Positions 8,780 to 18,477 of a DNA stretch of 64,000 nt are shown piece after piece. The DNA lies in assembly GCA_044870245.1 (NCBI GenBank), contig JBIOYR010000016.1, forward strand, positions 16,817-80,816, read 5' to 3'. This stretch comes from Aestuariivirgaceae bacterium (lineage in GTDB: Bacteria > Pseudomonadota > Alphaproteobacteria > Rhizobiales > Aestuariivirgaceae). A program made the translations under genes and the position numbers. Positions within the stretch are counted from its first letter, which is position 1; every line of letters starts with the position of its first letter. The notes beneath the pieces are model-generated. The model saw only the letters and a program-made list of their open reading frames with translations. It did no database searches and was not told where the DNA came from.

Positions 8780-11437
8780 ATGCTGATGCGCACCGAGACC
8801 CCCCAGCCGATCCATCTCGAGGACTACCAGCCGTCGGCCTGGCTGATCGAGCGGGTGGAGCTCGATGTCCATCTCGATCCGGTTGAAACGCGGGTGATTT
8901 CCCGGCTCGCGATGCGGCCCAACCCCAAGGCGGCAAAGCCCGGCGGCCCGATCACGCTCGATGGCGAGGCGCTGACCTTCGAGAGCGCGAGCCTCGAGGG
9001 CAAGGCGCTCGCGCCGGAGCAGATCTCCTTCGAGGACGGCCGGCTGACGCTCAGCGACATCCCGGATCGGGCGGTCTCGATCGAGATCTCCTCGACGTGC
9101 AATCCCCAGGCCAATAGCGAGCTTTCCGGCCTCTATCTCACCAACGGGGTTTACTGCACCCAATGCGAGGCCGAAGGGTTCCGCCGCATCACCTATTTCC
9201 TCGACCGGCCGGACGTGCTCGCCCGCTACCGGGTGCGGATCGAGGCCGACAAGGCGGCCTGCCCGGTGCTCTTGTCCAACGGCAATCTCATCGCCTCAGG
9301 CGACATCGAGGGCTGCGACCGCCACTACGCCCTGTGGGAGGACCCGCACCCCAAACCGAGCTATTTGTTCGCGCTGGTCGCCGGCACGCTCGCCCATGTC
9401 GCCGACCGGTTCACCACCAAGTCGGGCCGCGAGGTCGGGCTTCGCATCTATGTCGAGCCGGGCAAGGAGAACCGCTGCGCCTATGCCATGGAGTCGCTGA
9501 AGCACGCCATGCGCTGGGACGAGGAGGCGTTCGGGCGCGAATACGACCTCGATCTCTTCATGATCGTCGCGGTGTCGGACTTCAACATGGGGGCGATGGA
9601 GAACAAGGGGCTCAACGTCTTCAACGACAAATACATCCTCGCCCTGCCGGAAGCGGCGACCGACCTCGACTATGCCAATATCGAGGGCATCATCGCCCAT
9701 GAATATTTCCACAACTGGACCGGGAACCGGATCACCTGCCGCGACTGGTTCCAGCTCTGCCTCAAGGAGGGGCTGACGGTGTTCCGCGACCAGGAGTTCA
9801 CCTCGGACGTCAGGTCGCGGCCGGTCAAGCGGATCAGCGATGTGAGGCTGCTCAGGACCCACCAGTTCCCGGAGGATGCCGGTCCCCTCGCCCATCCGGT
9901 CAGGCCGTCGTCCTATATCGAGATCAACAATTTCTACACGGCGACAGTCTACGAGAAGGGTGCCGAGCTCTGCCGCATGCTCAAGACGCTGCTCGGGGCG
10001 GATGCCTTCCGCAAGGCGATGGATCTCTATTTCGAGCGGCATGACGGCGAGGCGGCGGCGGTGGAGGATTTCGTGCGCTGCATGGCCGATGCCTCGGGGC
10101 GCGACCTGACGCAGTTCTTCCGCTGGTACGAGCAGGCCGGCACGCCGGAGGTGATCGCCGAGGGAAGCTACGACAAGGGGAAGAAGAGCTATACGCTGAC
10201 CCTCACCCAGACGACGCCGGCGACGCCCGGCCAGACGGTGAAGGCGCCGTTCCACATCCCGCTGGGGGTGGGGCTTGTCGGGGCGAAGGGCGAGGACCTG
10301 CCGCTCAATCTCGAAGGCAAGGGGCTGAGCAACCGCCAGGTCATCGAGCTCACCGAGCGGACCCAGAGCTTCCGCTTCACCGGGCTCAGGGAGCGGCCGG
10401 TGCTGTCGATCAACCGGGCCTTCGCGGCGCCGATCAAGCTCGCCTCGAACCTGACCGATGCCGATCTCATGTTCCTGATGGCGCATGATTCCGACAGCTT
10501 CAACCGGTGGGAAGCGGGCCAGACCATCGCCCGCAAGCTGATCATGGAAGCGATGCCGGCGCTGGCCCAGGGGTCGGCGCTGCCCGATCCGGCGCGCTAT
10601 GCCGCAGCGCTCGGCGCCTCGCTCGAGGACCGGGCGCTCGAGCCGGCCTTCATGGCGCTGATGCTGTCGCCGCCGGGCGAAGGCGACATTGCCGGCGAGC
10701 TCGGCCGCGACGTCGACACCGATCTCGTGCACCGGGCGCGCGAATGGCTGCGCCGCGAGAGCGGGCGGATCCTCGAGCGGCGGCTCACCGCGGCGTGGCA
10801 GCGGGCCGAGCCCGATCCGGCCTACAGCCCCGACCCGCTCAATGCCGGCAAGCGGGCGCTGCGCCATGGCGTTCTTGGTCTCCTGGCGGCGGCCGACCCC
10901 GAAGAAGGGGCGAGCCTCGCGCTCGAGCATTTCGCGCAGGCCCGCAACATGACCGATGTGATCGGGGCGCTCGGCGTGCTGATCCAGATCGAGCGGCCGG
11001 AGCGCGAGGAGGCGCTCGACCGCTTTTACGAGCAGCATCGCCAGGATCATCTGCTGGTCGACAAATGGCTCGCGCTCAATGCCCAGGTGCCGAGCACCAG
11101 CGCGGCGCGGCGGGTCAAGGCGCTGATGGGCCACAGCGAGTTTACGCTGGCCCGGCCCAACCGGGTCCGGGCGCTGATCGGCACCTTCGCCGGCATGAAC
11201 CCGGTCGGCTTCAATGCCGCCGATGGCGCGGGCTACGAGCTCCTGGCCTCGGTGGTGCTGAAGCTCGACCCGAAGAACCCGCAGCTGGCGGCGCGCCTTG
11301 CCGGCAATTTCAAGAGCTACAAGGTGCTCGAGGAGCGGCGCCGCGCGCATGCCGAGGCGGCGCTGAAGCGGATCGCCGCCGCTTCAGGCCTGTCGCGCGA
11401 CACCTATGAGATCGTCACCCGGACGCTGGGTGCTTAG
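8780..11437 (+). CDS. pepN: Aminopeptidase N (M1 family)
   Basis: GAMENKG exopeptidase motif and HEYFHNWTGNR...E zinc motif. 885 aa. Confidence 0.95.
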   Translation: MLMRTETPQPIHLEDYQPSAWLIERVELDVHLDPVETRVISRLAMRPNPKAAKPGGPITLDGEALTFESASLEGKALAPEQISFEDGRLTLSDIPDRAVSIEISSTCNPQANSELSGLYLTNGVYCTQCEAEGFRRITYFLDRPDVLARYRVRIEADKAACPVLLSNGNLIASGDIEGCDRHYALWEDPHPKPSYLFALVAGTLAHVADRFTTKSGREVGLRIYVEPGKENRCAYAMESLKHAMRWDEEAFGREYDLDLFMIVAVSDFNMGAMENKGLNVFNDKYILALPEAATDLDYANIEGIIAHEYFHNWTGNRITCRDWFQLCLKEGLTVFRDQEFTSDVRSRPVKRISDVRLLRTHQFPEDAGPLAHPVRPSSYIEINNFYTATVYEKGAELCRMLKTLLGADAFRKAMDLYFERHDGEAAAVEDFVRCMADASGRDLTQFFRWYEQAGTPEVIAEGSYDKGKKSYTLTLTQTTPATPGQTVKAPFHIPLGVGLVGAKGEDLPLNLEGKGLSNRQVIELTERTQSFRFTGLRERPVLSINRAFAAPIKLASNLTDADLMFLMAHDSDSFNRWEAGQTIARKLIMEAMPALAQGSALPDPARYAAALGASLEDRALEPAFMALMLSPPGEGDIAGELGRDVDTDLVHRAREWLRRESGRILERRLTAAWQRAEPDPAYSPDPLNAGKRALRHGVLGLLAAADPEEGASLALEHFAQARNMTDVIGALGVLIQIERPEREEALDRFYEQHRQDHLLVDKWLALNAQVPSTSAARRVKALMGHSEFTLARPNRVRALIGTFAGMNPVGFNAADGAGYELLASVVLKLDPKNPQLAARLAGNFKSYKVLEERRRAHAEAALKRIAAASGLSRDTYEIVTRTLGA

Positions 11438-14400
11438 GCTTTGCGCAGCGTCGGCTTTGCGCCCGGGCGTGAGGGCTTCTTTAGAAGTTTCGGACGATCA
11501 TGCGCCGGCGGACTCTCCATGGCATCAAGCTCCTTCACCATCGCGATGGCGGACTTCAGCTCCTCGTCCGAAATCTTGGAGTGCTCCACCCCGCTGATGT
11601 ATGGGTCCCGTTTCAGTTGGCTCCACAATCTCACCATGTTGTCGACCGTCTCCCGCAATCGGCGGCCTGCTCTCTTATCCGTAACAGCTCTTGGCCAGGT
11701 GCCGAGGCTGGACACGATCGCCTGGAATTTGCCGACATTCGCCGCGGTCGGATCTGTGTTGCTGCTCCGAAAACTCTCCCCGACCAGCTTGGCGATCTGC
11801 CTCCTGCTGACTCCCGGCCGAGCCAGCTCATGCAGTGCTCGCAGCGCCTGACCGAAGTCTTGGCCCAGGATCGAAGCAACGAGCGTATCCGATAGTTCTT
11901 CCGGGTTTCGACGCGGCGACTTGGGTTTCCAACCGACCGACCGCGGCGAGGTCGTCGGTGTGTTCGGATCAACCGAATCCGCGTCCACCGTCGAGGTCTT
12001 CGCGCCCTTCGCCCGGGGCTGCCGGACCAGCCCAAGGGACGCGCCTTCAACTCCATAGAGCGCGTGAAGCGTTCTGGTTCCCACACCGACCTCTCTGGTC
12101 GTGGCGATCGTTTCGATCGAGCCGAAATTCCGCCACATGTTGTCGTTGGTTGTTCGAAGATTGGCCAACTGAGCTCCCCCTTCCCCAAACTGTTCGACAG
12201 CACTCGTCACCGCTGCATGTAGAACGCCCATATTGGCCATCATCTTGTCCTGATCTTCCTCCGCGAAGCTGTCCATCACGCCCTGGACGATGGGTGCATA
12301 GGCGGTGTCCCCGCCGAAGGTCAGAATGGCACGATTATAGGCATCGAGGCCCATCAGGTAGTCTTCGATGTTCCTATCCATTATGGCCGAGAAGACCTTG
12401 CCTGCCGCCTCCTGCATCCGTTCGCGACGAGACTGAGGCAATACCAGTTCTTTCCGCTTGGCGCGGGACGGAAGGTCCGGCTGCCATGCCGGCCGCGCTG
12501 AAGGGACATGCTGGCGCGGCTTTGGCTTTCCAGGACGGGAGGAAGACTTGTCGGAGCCCAAGTATGCGATCAGATCTTCGACCGAGAGAGAAGACCGCTT
12601 GGCCCGCTTTTCAATGCGCTCCTCTTTGTCCCTGTTCGCCAGCCTGTTTCCTCCCTTCATCCAAGACGGGGGAGCACGGTTCGGATCTTTCGTCTTGGCA
12701 TTCGGAACCCGCGGCGCCCGACCCGCCGGCTCTGCCGGAACCCAGGCCGACTGCGGCGCGCGGTCCGCCGCCACGGCGCGATCGAGATCCTCGCCTCCCA
12801 AGTCCGCATAGAGCGCATCGAGCGCGTTGCCCCTCTCAACTACCTCGTCGTCGAGGAGCTGCTGCTCTTCATTGCCCGCGGGGAACTCAGCGCCAAGCGC
12901 GGCAAGTTCCTCATCCATCTCGTCAAGATCGCGGATGATCCGGTTGCGATCAATGAGAGCAGGCTGATTCAGATAATCACCGGGCACAGAAGCAGCGTTC
13001 CGAGGCTCAGGAACCAGAACGTCGTCGATCCTGTCCATTGGATTTGCCAACAGAGCTTCCCGTGCCGCCTCGATCAGTTCCTCATCGATGGTGGTGGGCA
13101 ATGCATCGCCGAATGTCACGATGAGCCACTCCCTCAGCCTTTCAGCGAGATCGAGGAACCGCGGCGCCTCATAGAAGGGATTCGCTTCATCGTCGAGTTG
13201 CTTGGCAGCGGTGTCGATGGCGTCATAGAGCCTGGCGAAGGCCTGCTGAATGTGCCCCTGCGAACGGCCGAGTACATCTGCAAGCATCGCGAAGACGAAC
13301 TGGATACCCCTCTCCTTGCTCAATTCTACCAGATCCTCGAGAGTATCGATGAGCGCCGGGATGTCGAAGCGCTGAACCGCCCCAACGATCCGATCGCGCA
13401 ATTCCTCTGGCGCCGGTGGTTTGGGCGTATAGACATCATCAGGCACTCCCGCCAAGTCTTCCACCGAAAATTCGAAGTCCATTTCCTCTTGCCTATCCGG
13501 TTGTTGCGGTTTGGCAATCGGTAGAGCTGAGACCTGATCGACGTCTCCGCCCATATCCTCGAACAACGCCGCGAGCGCATCTCCCCGATCATCGATCGCG
13601 TTTTCGTCGCGACGCTGGGGATCATCAGGCACAAGCAGAGCCCTGCCAAGTTCATCCTCTCCGAGTTTCACGTTCGACATCTGCAGCCGCGCACCGGCGA
13701 TCTCGGGCGGATCCGAGATCGCGTCTTCGCCAAGACGTCGGAGATCAGCAGACACAAGCAGAGCCCTGCCAAGTTCATCCTCTCCGAGTTTCACGTTCGA
13801 CATCTGCAGCCGATCCGGGAGTTCCTCGTGATAGTCGATCGGTGTGTTGTCGATACGCGGCCTGGCAGACAGCGGCGATGGTTGCCTGAAGTTCTCATCA
13901 GGCGCTGCCGGTTGCTCAAAGTATGGGCCCGCCGAGGCTTCATGGGTGTTCGCAAGTGAGGCCTGCGTTCTCACCTCTCCAACGGCAAGCAAATCGAACA
14001 GCCGCTCCGCCGACAATTGCGGTTGGTCGGATGCCGGCGCCGCTTGCGTGGCCGATGTCGACTGAGGCTGCGCATTCATGGGCGAAGTCGACTGAGGCTG
14101 CGAGTGCGCGGACGACGTTGATGCCTCGGACTCAGAGATCAATGCATCGAGCTCATCATGGACCTTTCGGGCGCCGCGTCCCCGAGCGACGCGATCTCCG
14201 TAACGGGGATAAGCTTGCGCCAACCATTCTGTCGCCTGTTGCGATTCGGCGGAACGCGGCAGTTCGCTGTCCCGAACGGCGCCATCGCGTCGACCGCTAC
14301 CGGCAACATCTGCTTTGTCGCCAATTCCTGTCTTTTCTCCGACCGGCCGGGAATAGTTTTCAGCCCAGTCTCTATGGTCTTGCTTCGGCTCCAATGAATA

Positions 14401-15429
14401 GCCCTTGACAACCTTTTCCGCGCTTCGCCTTGCCGCCGACGGATTGAGCCCTCGCGTCAGGCCGTAAACCGTCTGCCTCTTCAGGAAGTAGGCCCAAGCG
14501 GCGTTCCTCATGATCCGGGCCGTCACATAGAGGTCGCCGCGCGACAAAGCATCGAGCTGGCTGCTCATCGCTGCGTCGGCGAGCGCCGCGCCACGACGGG
14601 CAATCTCCCCCATTTTGGAGTCTATAATCGAAGATCCCCGATCGCCGACCTCATCGAACAACACCCGCGCGAACAGACCGCGGCCGAAAGCCTTGTAGCC
14701 GAGGATCAACCGTCCGCACGCGGCGTCAAGCGCTTCCGGTTCGCCACCCAGGGAGTTGACGAATTCTTCCGCCGGCTTGAGGAGCCATCGCGCACAGGCG
14801 TAATCGAGGAAGCGGCTGTCGATCCTCGGGTGGAAGTCTTGAAGGGGGGTCACCTTCTTCATTTGACTCAGGCGATCGAGGCTGGCCTCGACCACCATCT
14901 TCATCACCTGCTCGCGGCGTTGTCCCGTTGCTTGCCGCGCTTTCTCATCATCTCCGGCTTTATGCTGATCCGCCGTGAAATGGGCCTCGAGCGCGTTTCG
15001 GATGATCGTTCTCAGCTCGCGGGGCTTGTAGCTGGACAAAGACCTATCCAGCACTCGGCGGAGGCGGACCTCGTCCAGCTCGTCGCCGTCGGAGGGGGCG
15101 CAGAGTTGATCCGCCTGCTCGAGAGCCTTGTGTCGACTGGTCATGTGCCGTTCGGTGTTCTTGGATCTTTGGGAGAGAGCCTTCAGGCACTCGTCAAGAT
15201 GAAGGTCGCCCCGATCCTCGCCCGCCGCGGGCTGCTCCTGCGAGTCGATCGCATCGCGCTCGGTCCGCTCGATGTCGTCCGCAATCTTGACGGACTTCGA
15301 TCTGACTGGTCTTGTGCTGTCGCGCGGCAGCTTGCGATCGCTACGGCGTGTGCCGTTCACAGTCTCGCGATGGCCGATCTTGGAGAGGCTGTTAAGGCCC
15401 GCACCGAAGTCGCCGAAGATCTTTGTCAC
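11434..15429 (-). CDS. Large orphan protein (1331 aa), acidic/Arg-rich, modular with internal repeats; function unknown
   Basis: Uninterrupted 3996-nt ORF with a GTG start at 15427-15429 preceded by a G-run. Visibly more A/T-rich than its flanks. I recognised no TM segment, signal peptide or family motif. Confidence 0.8.
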   Translation of the reverse strand: MTKIFGDFGAGLNSLSKIGHRETVNGTRRSDRKLPRDSTRPVRSKSVKIADDIERTERDAIDSQEQPAAGEDRGDLHLDECLKALSQRSKNTERHMTSRHKALEQADQLCAPSDGDELDEVRLRRVLDRSLSSYKPRELRTIIRNALEAHFTADQHKAGDDEKARQATGQRREQVMKMVVEASLDRLSQMKKVTPLQDFHPRIDSRFLDYACARWLLKPAEEFVNSLGGEPEALDAACGRLILGYKAFGRGLFARVLFDEVGDRGSSIIDSKMGEIARRGAALADAAMSSQLDALSRGDLYVTARIMRNAAWAYFLKRQTVYGLTRGLNPSAARRSAEKVVKGYSLEPKQDHRDWAENYSRPVGEKTGIGDKADVAGSGRRDGAVRDSELPRSAESQQATEWLAQAYPRYGDRVARGRGARKVHDELDALISESEASTSSAHSQPQSTSPMNAQPQSTSATQAAPASDQPQLSAERLFDLLAVGEVRTQASLANTHEASAGPYFEQPAAPDENFRQPSPLSARPRIDNTPIDYHEELPDRLQMSNVKLGEDELGRALLVSADLRRLGEDAISDPPEIAGARLQMSNVKLGEDELGRALLVPDDPQRRDENAIDDRGDALAALFEDMGGDVDQVSALPIAKPQQPDRQEEMDFEFSVEDLAGVPDDVYTPKPPAPEELRDRIVGAVQRFDIPALIDTLEDLVELSKERGIQFVFAMLADVLGRSQGHIQQAFARLYDAIDTAAKQLDDEANPFYEAPRFLDLAERLREWLIVTFGDALPTTIDEELIEAAREALLANPMDRIDDVLVPEPRNAASVPGDYLNQPALIDRNRIIRDLDEMDEELAALGAEFPAGNEEQQLLDDEVVERGNALDALYADLGGEDLDRAVAADRAPQSAWVPAEPAGRAPRVPNAKTKDPNRAPPSWMKGGNRLANRDKEERIEKRAKRSSLSVEDLIAYLGSDKSSSRPGKPKPRQHVPSARPAWQPDLPSRAKRKELVLPQSRRERMQEAAGKVFSAIMDRNIEDYLMGLDAYNRAILTFGGDTAYAPIVQGVMDSFAEEDQDKMMANMGVLHAAVTSAVEQFGEGGAQLANLRTTNDNMWRNFGSIETIATTREVGVGTRTLHALYGVEGASLGLVRQPRAKGAKTSTVDADSVDPNTPTTSPRSVGWKPKSPRRNPEELSDTLVASILGQDFGQALRALHELARPGVSRRQIAKLVGESFRSSNTDPTAANVGKFQAIVSSLGTWPRAVTDKRAGRRLRETVDNMVRLWSQLKRDPYISGVEHSKISDEELKSAIAMVKELDAMESPPAHDRPKLLKKPSRPGAKPTLRKA
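13630..13812 (-). repeat. In-frame tandem duplication inside the orphan gene (period 123 bp)
   Basis: Identical 60-bp blocks at 13630-13689 and 13753-13812 (CACAAGCAGAGCCCTGCCAAGTTCATCCTCTCCGAGTTTCACGTTCGACATCTGCAGCCG). They encode RLQMSNVKLGEDELGRALLV twice, 41 aa apart. Confidence 0.9.
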
Positions 15430-15530
15430 TTTGGTTACCCCCCGAAGAGAATTCGAGACCCATGCTAATGCCCGGCGGCGCCGCGAACTGTGCCGTTCGG
15501 CATAGGTGCGGATGATTATTTCGCGGGCTC

Positions 15531-17978
15531 ATGCCTGATTTGTCCGAAAGTTTATCGTTCCGGTGCCGAATCGATCGAGTCGGCGCGCGGCCTTGCGCGA
15601 GCCGCTTGCCAAATCACTTCGCTTTCGAATCAATAGGCTTCCGATTCGCCGGAAGCGGGCCTGCGCGGCTGGCGCAAGCGGGGTGGTGGGATTTGCCCAA
15701 GGCTCAACTGCTCGAGCTGTTTGGACGCGAGCGCGCGCTGAAATTGCCGCTGGCGATGCATGGGCTTGCCGCCATCAAGATCTCCGAGACGGCGCTGCGC
15801 AACCTGATCACGGTGCTCATCGTCCTCTTCCTGGTGACGCTCGGCACGGCGCTGACGCTGCAGCTCCTGGTCAGCCGCGACCACCATCTCAATGCCCATA
15901 ACCGGCAATCGCTGATGCATCTGAAGATCGCCGCAAGCGAGCTGTCGGCGGTGCTCGGGGCGGGGGCGGGCCTTGCCGGCGCAAAGCATCGGGTGCCGGA
16001 CGCCGAGGACCTCGCCCAGGTGCTGCTGCCGCATGCGGTCGAGGCGGGGCGGATCTTCGCCATCATGGACGGGGCGGGCCGCATCCGGGCGACGGCGCCG
16101 GCCGACAGCGGGCTTCGCGGCAAGCGGCTGGCGGAGATCTTCAGCCCGGATTTTCTCGCGGCCGAGCCGGGCGACATGAGCGAGATGACCGAGACGACCC
16201 TGCTCGACGGCGAACGGGCCTTCGTCAAGATGCAGTCGCTCAGCCCCTATCCCGGCAGCCTGCTGGTGATCCATCCACGCGACTCGGTGCTCGCGGCCTG
16301 GCGCTCGGACGTGGCGCAGATCGTGACGCTGTTCGTGGTGACGCTCGGGGTGCTGGTGCTGCTCGGCGCGGCGTTCCACTGGCAGGCGGCGCGGGCGGCG
16401 GATGCCGACCGGACGCTGTCGGTCGCCACCAAGCGGCTCGACAAGGCGCTCGACCGCGGCCGCTGCGGCCTGTGGGACTGGGACATTGCGCGCGGGCGGA
16501 TCTTCTGGTCGAAGTCGATGTTCGACATTCTCGGCCTCGAGCCGCAGGACGACGTGCTGACCTATGGCGCGGTGGCGCAGCGGCTCCATCCTGACGATCC
16601 CTCGATCGATCAGCTGGTCGACCAGATGCTGCGCGGCGGCAAGCCGTCGATCGACCAGGAATTCCGCATGCAGCACCGGGCCGGCCATTGGGTGTGGCTC
16701 AGGGCGCGCTGCGAGCTGGCGGCCGCACCCGGCGAGCAGGCGCCGCATCTCGTCGGCATCGCCATCGACATCACCGAGCAGAAGCTCGCCGACCGGCTGA
16801 ACCAGGAGGCGGAGATCCGCCTCAAGGACGCGATCGAGGCGATCTCGGAGGCCTTCGTGCTGTGGGATGCCGACAACCGGCTGGTGATCTGCAATTCGAA
16901 ATATCAGCAGTTCCATTCGCTTCCGTCGCAGGTCTGCCTGCCGCTCACCCCCTATGAGGACCTGGCGCGGGCCGCCAAGGAGCCGCTGGTGCGCCAGCGC
17001 ATGGCGCTCGGCGAGCTCGGCGACGGGCAGACCTTCGAGGTCCAGCTCGAGGACGGGCGGTGGCTGCAGATCAACGAGCGGCGGACCAAGGATGGCGGCT
17101 TCGTCTCGGTCGGCACCGACATCACGGCGCTGAAGCTCAACGAGGAGAAGCTCCTCGATTCCGAGCGCGAGCTGATGAACACGGTGCGCGACCTGCAGAA
17201 GTCGCGGCTGACGCTCGAGCAGCAATCGCAGCGGCTGGCCGATCTCGCCGAGAAATATTCCCGCGAGAAGACCAGGGCCGAGGCGGCCAACCGCTCGAAA
17301 TCGGAGTTCCTCGCCAATATGAGCCATGAGCTGCGGACGCCGCTCAATGCCATCATCGGCTTCAGCGAGGTGATGGAGCAGCAGATCTTCGGGCCGATCG
17401 CCATTGCGAAATATCTCGACTATGCCCGCGATATCCATCGCTCGGGGCAGTATCTCTTGGATGTCATCAACGACATTCTCGACATGTCGAAGATCGAGGC
17501 GGGAAGGATCAAGCTCGAGGTGGCGCGCTTCGACCTCGTGGCGATGATCGAGGATGCGTTGAGGATGATCGCGCCAAGGGCGCTCGAGGGCGGCGTGAGG
17601 ATCGCGCGGGCGCTGCCGGCGAGCCTCGAGGTCACCGCCGACCGGCGGGCGCTCAAGCAGGTGCTGATCAACATCCTGGCCAATGGCGTCAAGTTCACGC
17701 CCGAGGGCGGCCAGGTGACGGTCGCGGTCAAGGCGGCGGGGGGCGCCACCGAGATCGCCATCAGCGATACCGGGATCGGCATCGAGGCGAGCGAGCTGCC
17801 GAAGCTCGGGCGGCCGTTCGAGCAGGTGGAGAACCAGTTCACCAAGACGCGCTCGGGCTCGGGCCTCGGGCTCGCCATCTCGAAATCGCTGGTCGAGCTG
17901 CATGACGGCACGATCGAGATCGACAGCGAGCCGGGGTGCGGCACGACGGTGACGATCGTGATCCCGGCACCGTCATGA
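15531..17978 (+). CDS. PAS-domain sensor histidine kinase, PleC/DivJ/PdhS-type (two TM segments, periplasmic loop, PAS repeats, HisKA-HATPase, no receiver)
   Basis: H-box SHELRTPLNAIIGFSEVM followed by YARDIHRSGQYLLDVINDILDMSKIEAG. G-boxes DTGIGI and GSGLGLAISK. Start uncertain (ATG 15531, or MHGLAAIK at 15756). Confidence 0.85.
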   Translation: MPDLSESLSFRCRIDRVGARPCASRLPNHFAFESIGFRFAGSGPARLAQAGWWDLPKAQLLELFGRERALKLPLAMHGLAAIKISETALRNLITVLIVLFLVTLGTALTLQLLVSRDHHLNAHNRQSLMHLKIAASELSAVLGAGAGLAGAKHRVPDAEDLAQVLLPHAVEAGRIFAIMDGAGRIRATAPADSGLRGKRLAEIFSPDFLAAEPGDMSEMTETTLLDGERAFVKMQSLSPYPGSLLVIHPRDSVLAAWRSDVAQIVTLFVVTLGVLVLLGAAFHWQAARAADADRTLSVATKRLDKALDRGRCGLWDWDIARGRIFWSKSMFDILGLEPQDDVLTYGAVAQRLHPDDPSIDQLVDQMLRGGKPSIDQEFRMQHRAGHWVWLRARCELAAAPGEQAPHLVGIAIDITEQKLADRLNQEAEIRLKDAIEAISEAFVLWDADNRLVICNSKYQQFHSLPSQVCLPLTPYEDLARAAKEPLVRQRMALGELGDGQTFEVQLEDGRWLQINERRTKDGGFVSVGTDITALKLNEEKLLDSERELMNTVRDLQKSRLTLEQQSQRLADLAEKYSREKTRAEAANRSKSEFLANMSHELRTPLNAIIGFSEVMEQQIFGPIAIAKYLDYARDIHRSGQYLLDVINDILDMSKIEAGRIKLEVARFDLVAMIEDALRMIAPRALEGGVRIARALPASLEVTADRRALKQVLINILANGVKFTPEGGQVTVAVKAAGGATEIAISDTGIGIEASELPKLGRPFEQVENQFTKTRSGSGLGLAISKSLVELHDGTIEIDSEPGCGTTVTIVIPAPS

Positions 17979-17980
17979 GG

Positions 17981-18000
17981 CCTATTGCCTACTCACTTCT
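17981..18000. repeat. Half copy (right arm only) of the heptamer palindromic element
   Basis: CCTATTG CCTACTC ACTTCTT lies directly after the kinase stop. It resembles the right arm at 44172-44192. Confidence 0.5.
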
Positions 18001-18477
18001 TCGATGCGGCCGGCGGGGATGCTCGGCGCGGTCGCGGATCTTGTCGGCGAGCAGCGCCCGCTCCTGCGGCTTGAGCGTCGCCACGAGCTCGCGCGACACC
18101 GTCGAGCCGCGATCGATCATGCTGCGCGAGATCGCATCATAGCGGGAAAGCGCTGCCTCGGTCTGAGCCGCGTCATAGGGCTCGGCCTTGAGGGTGTCGG
18201 CGACCTTGATCGCCGCCTGGCGCATGTCGCGACGGCCGTCGCGAAACGCCTTGCGGTCGTCGGCGAAGCGCTCGGCCAAAGCGTGACGGCGCTCAGGGTC
18301 GAGGGCGAGGAAGAAGGTGCGCGGCAGGATGTCGGTGAAGGCCGGACCGGAATAGCGTTCGCGCTGTGGCTGCTTTTCGAGCAGAAAATGCGATCCGACG
18401 GCGCCGATAACGAGAAAATTGAACCCCAACGACGCCAGCAGCACGATATTGCGTGGATCGAGGCGCCACGGCTCCAT
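17989..18477 (-). CDS. Periplasmic Spy/CpxP-like (heavy-metal-sensor family) protein
   Basis: Internal start MEPWRLDP (cat 18475-18477, TGATG overlap with the upstream gene). One N-terminal TM then a helical Arg/Asp-rich domain. Last gene of the ECF module. Confidence 0.55.
   Translation of the reverse strand: MEPWRLDPRNIVLLASLGFNFLVIGAVGSHFLLEKQPQRERYSGPAFTDILPRTFFLALDPERRHALAERFADDRKAFRDGRRDMRQAAIKVADTLKAEPYDAAQTEAALSRYDAISRSMIDRGSTVSRELVATLKPQERALLADKIRDRAEHPRRPHRRSE

Noticed and set aside
11434-15429. Identifying the orphan protein as a polar organiser (PodJ/PopZ/SpmX-like) because it neighbours a PleC-type kinase.
   Set aside because: It has no TM segment, Sel1/TPR domain, peptidoglycan-binding domain or muramidase domain, and I could see no sequence resemblance. 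Adjacency alone is insufficient.
15531-15755. Possible separate small gene or regulatory RNA in the first 75 codons of the kinase ORF.
   Set aside because: No independent start or RBS signal or structure was seen. Most simply it is either the true N-terminus or 5' leader of the kinase. The start remains uncertain.
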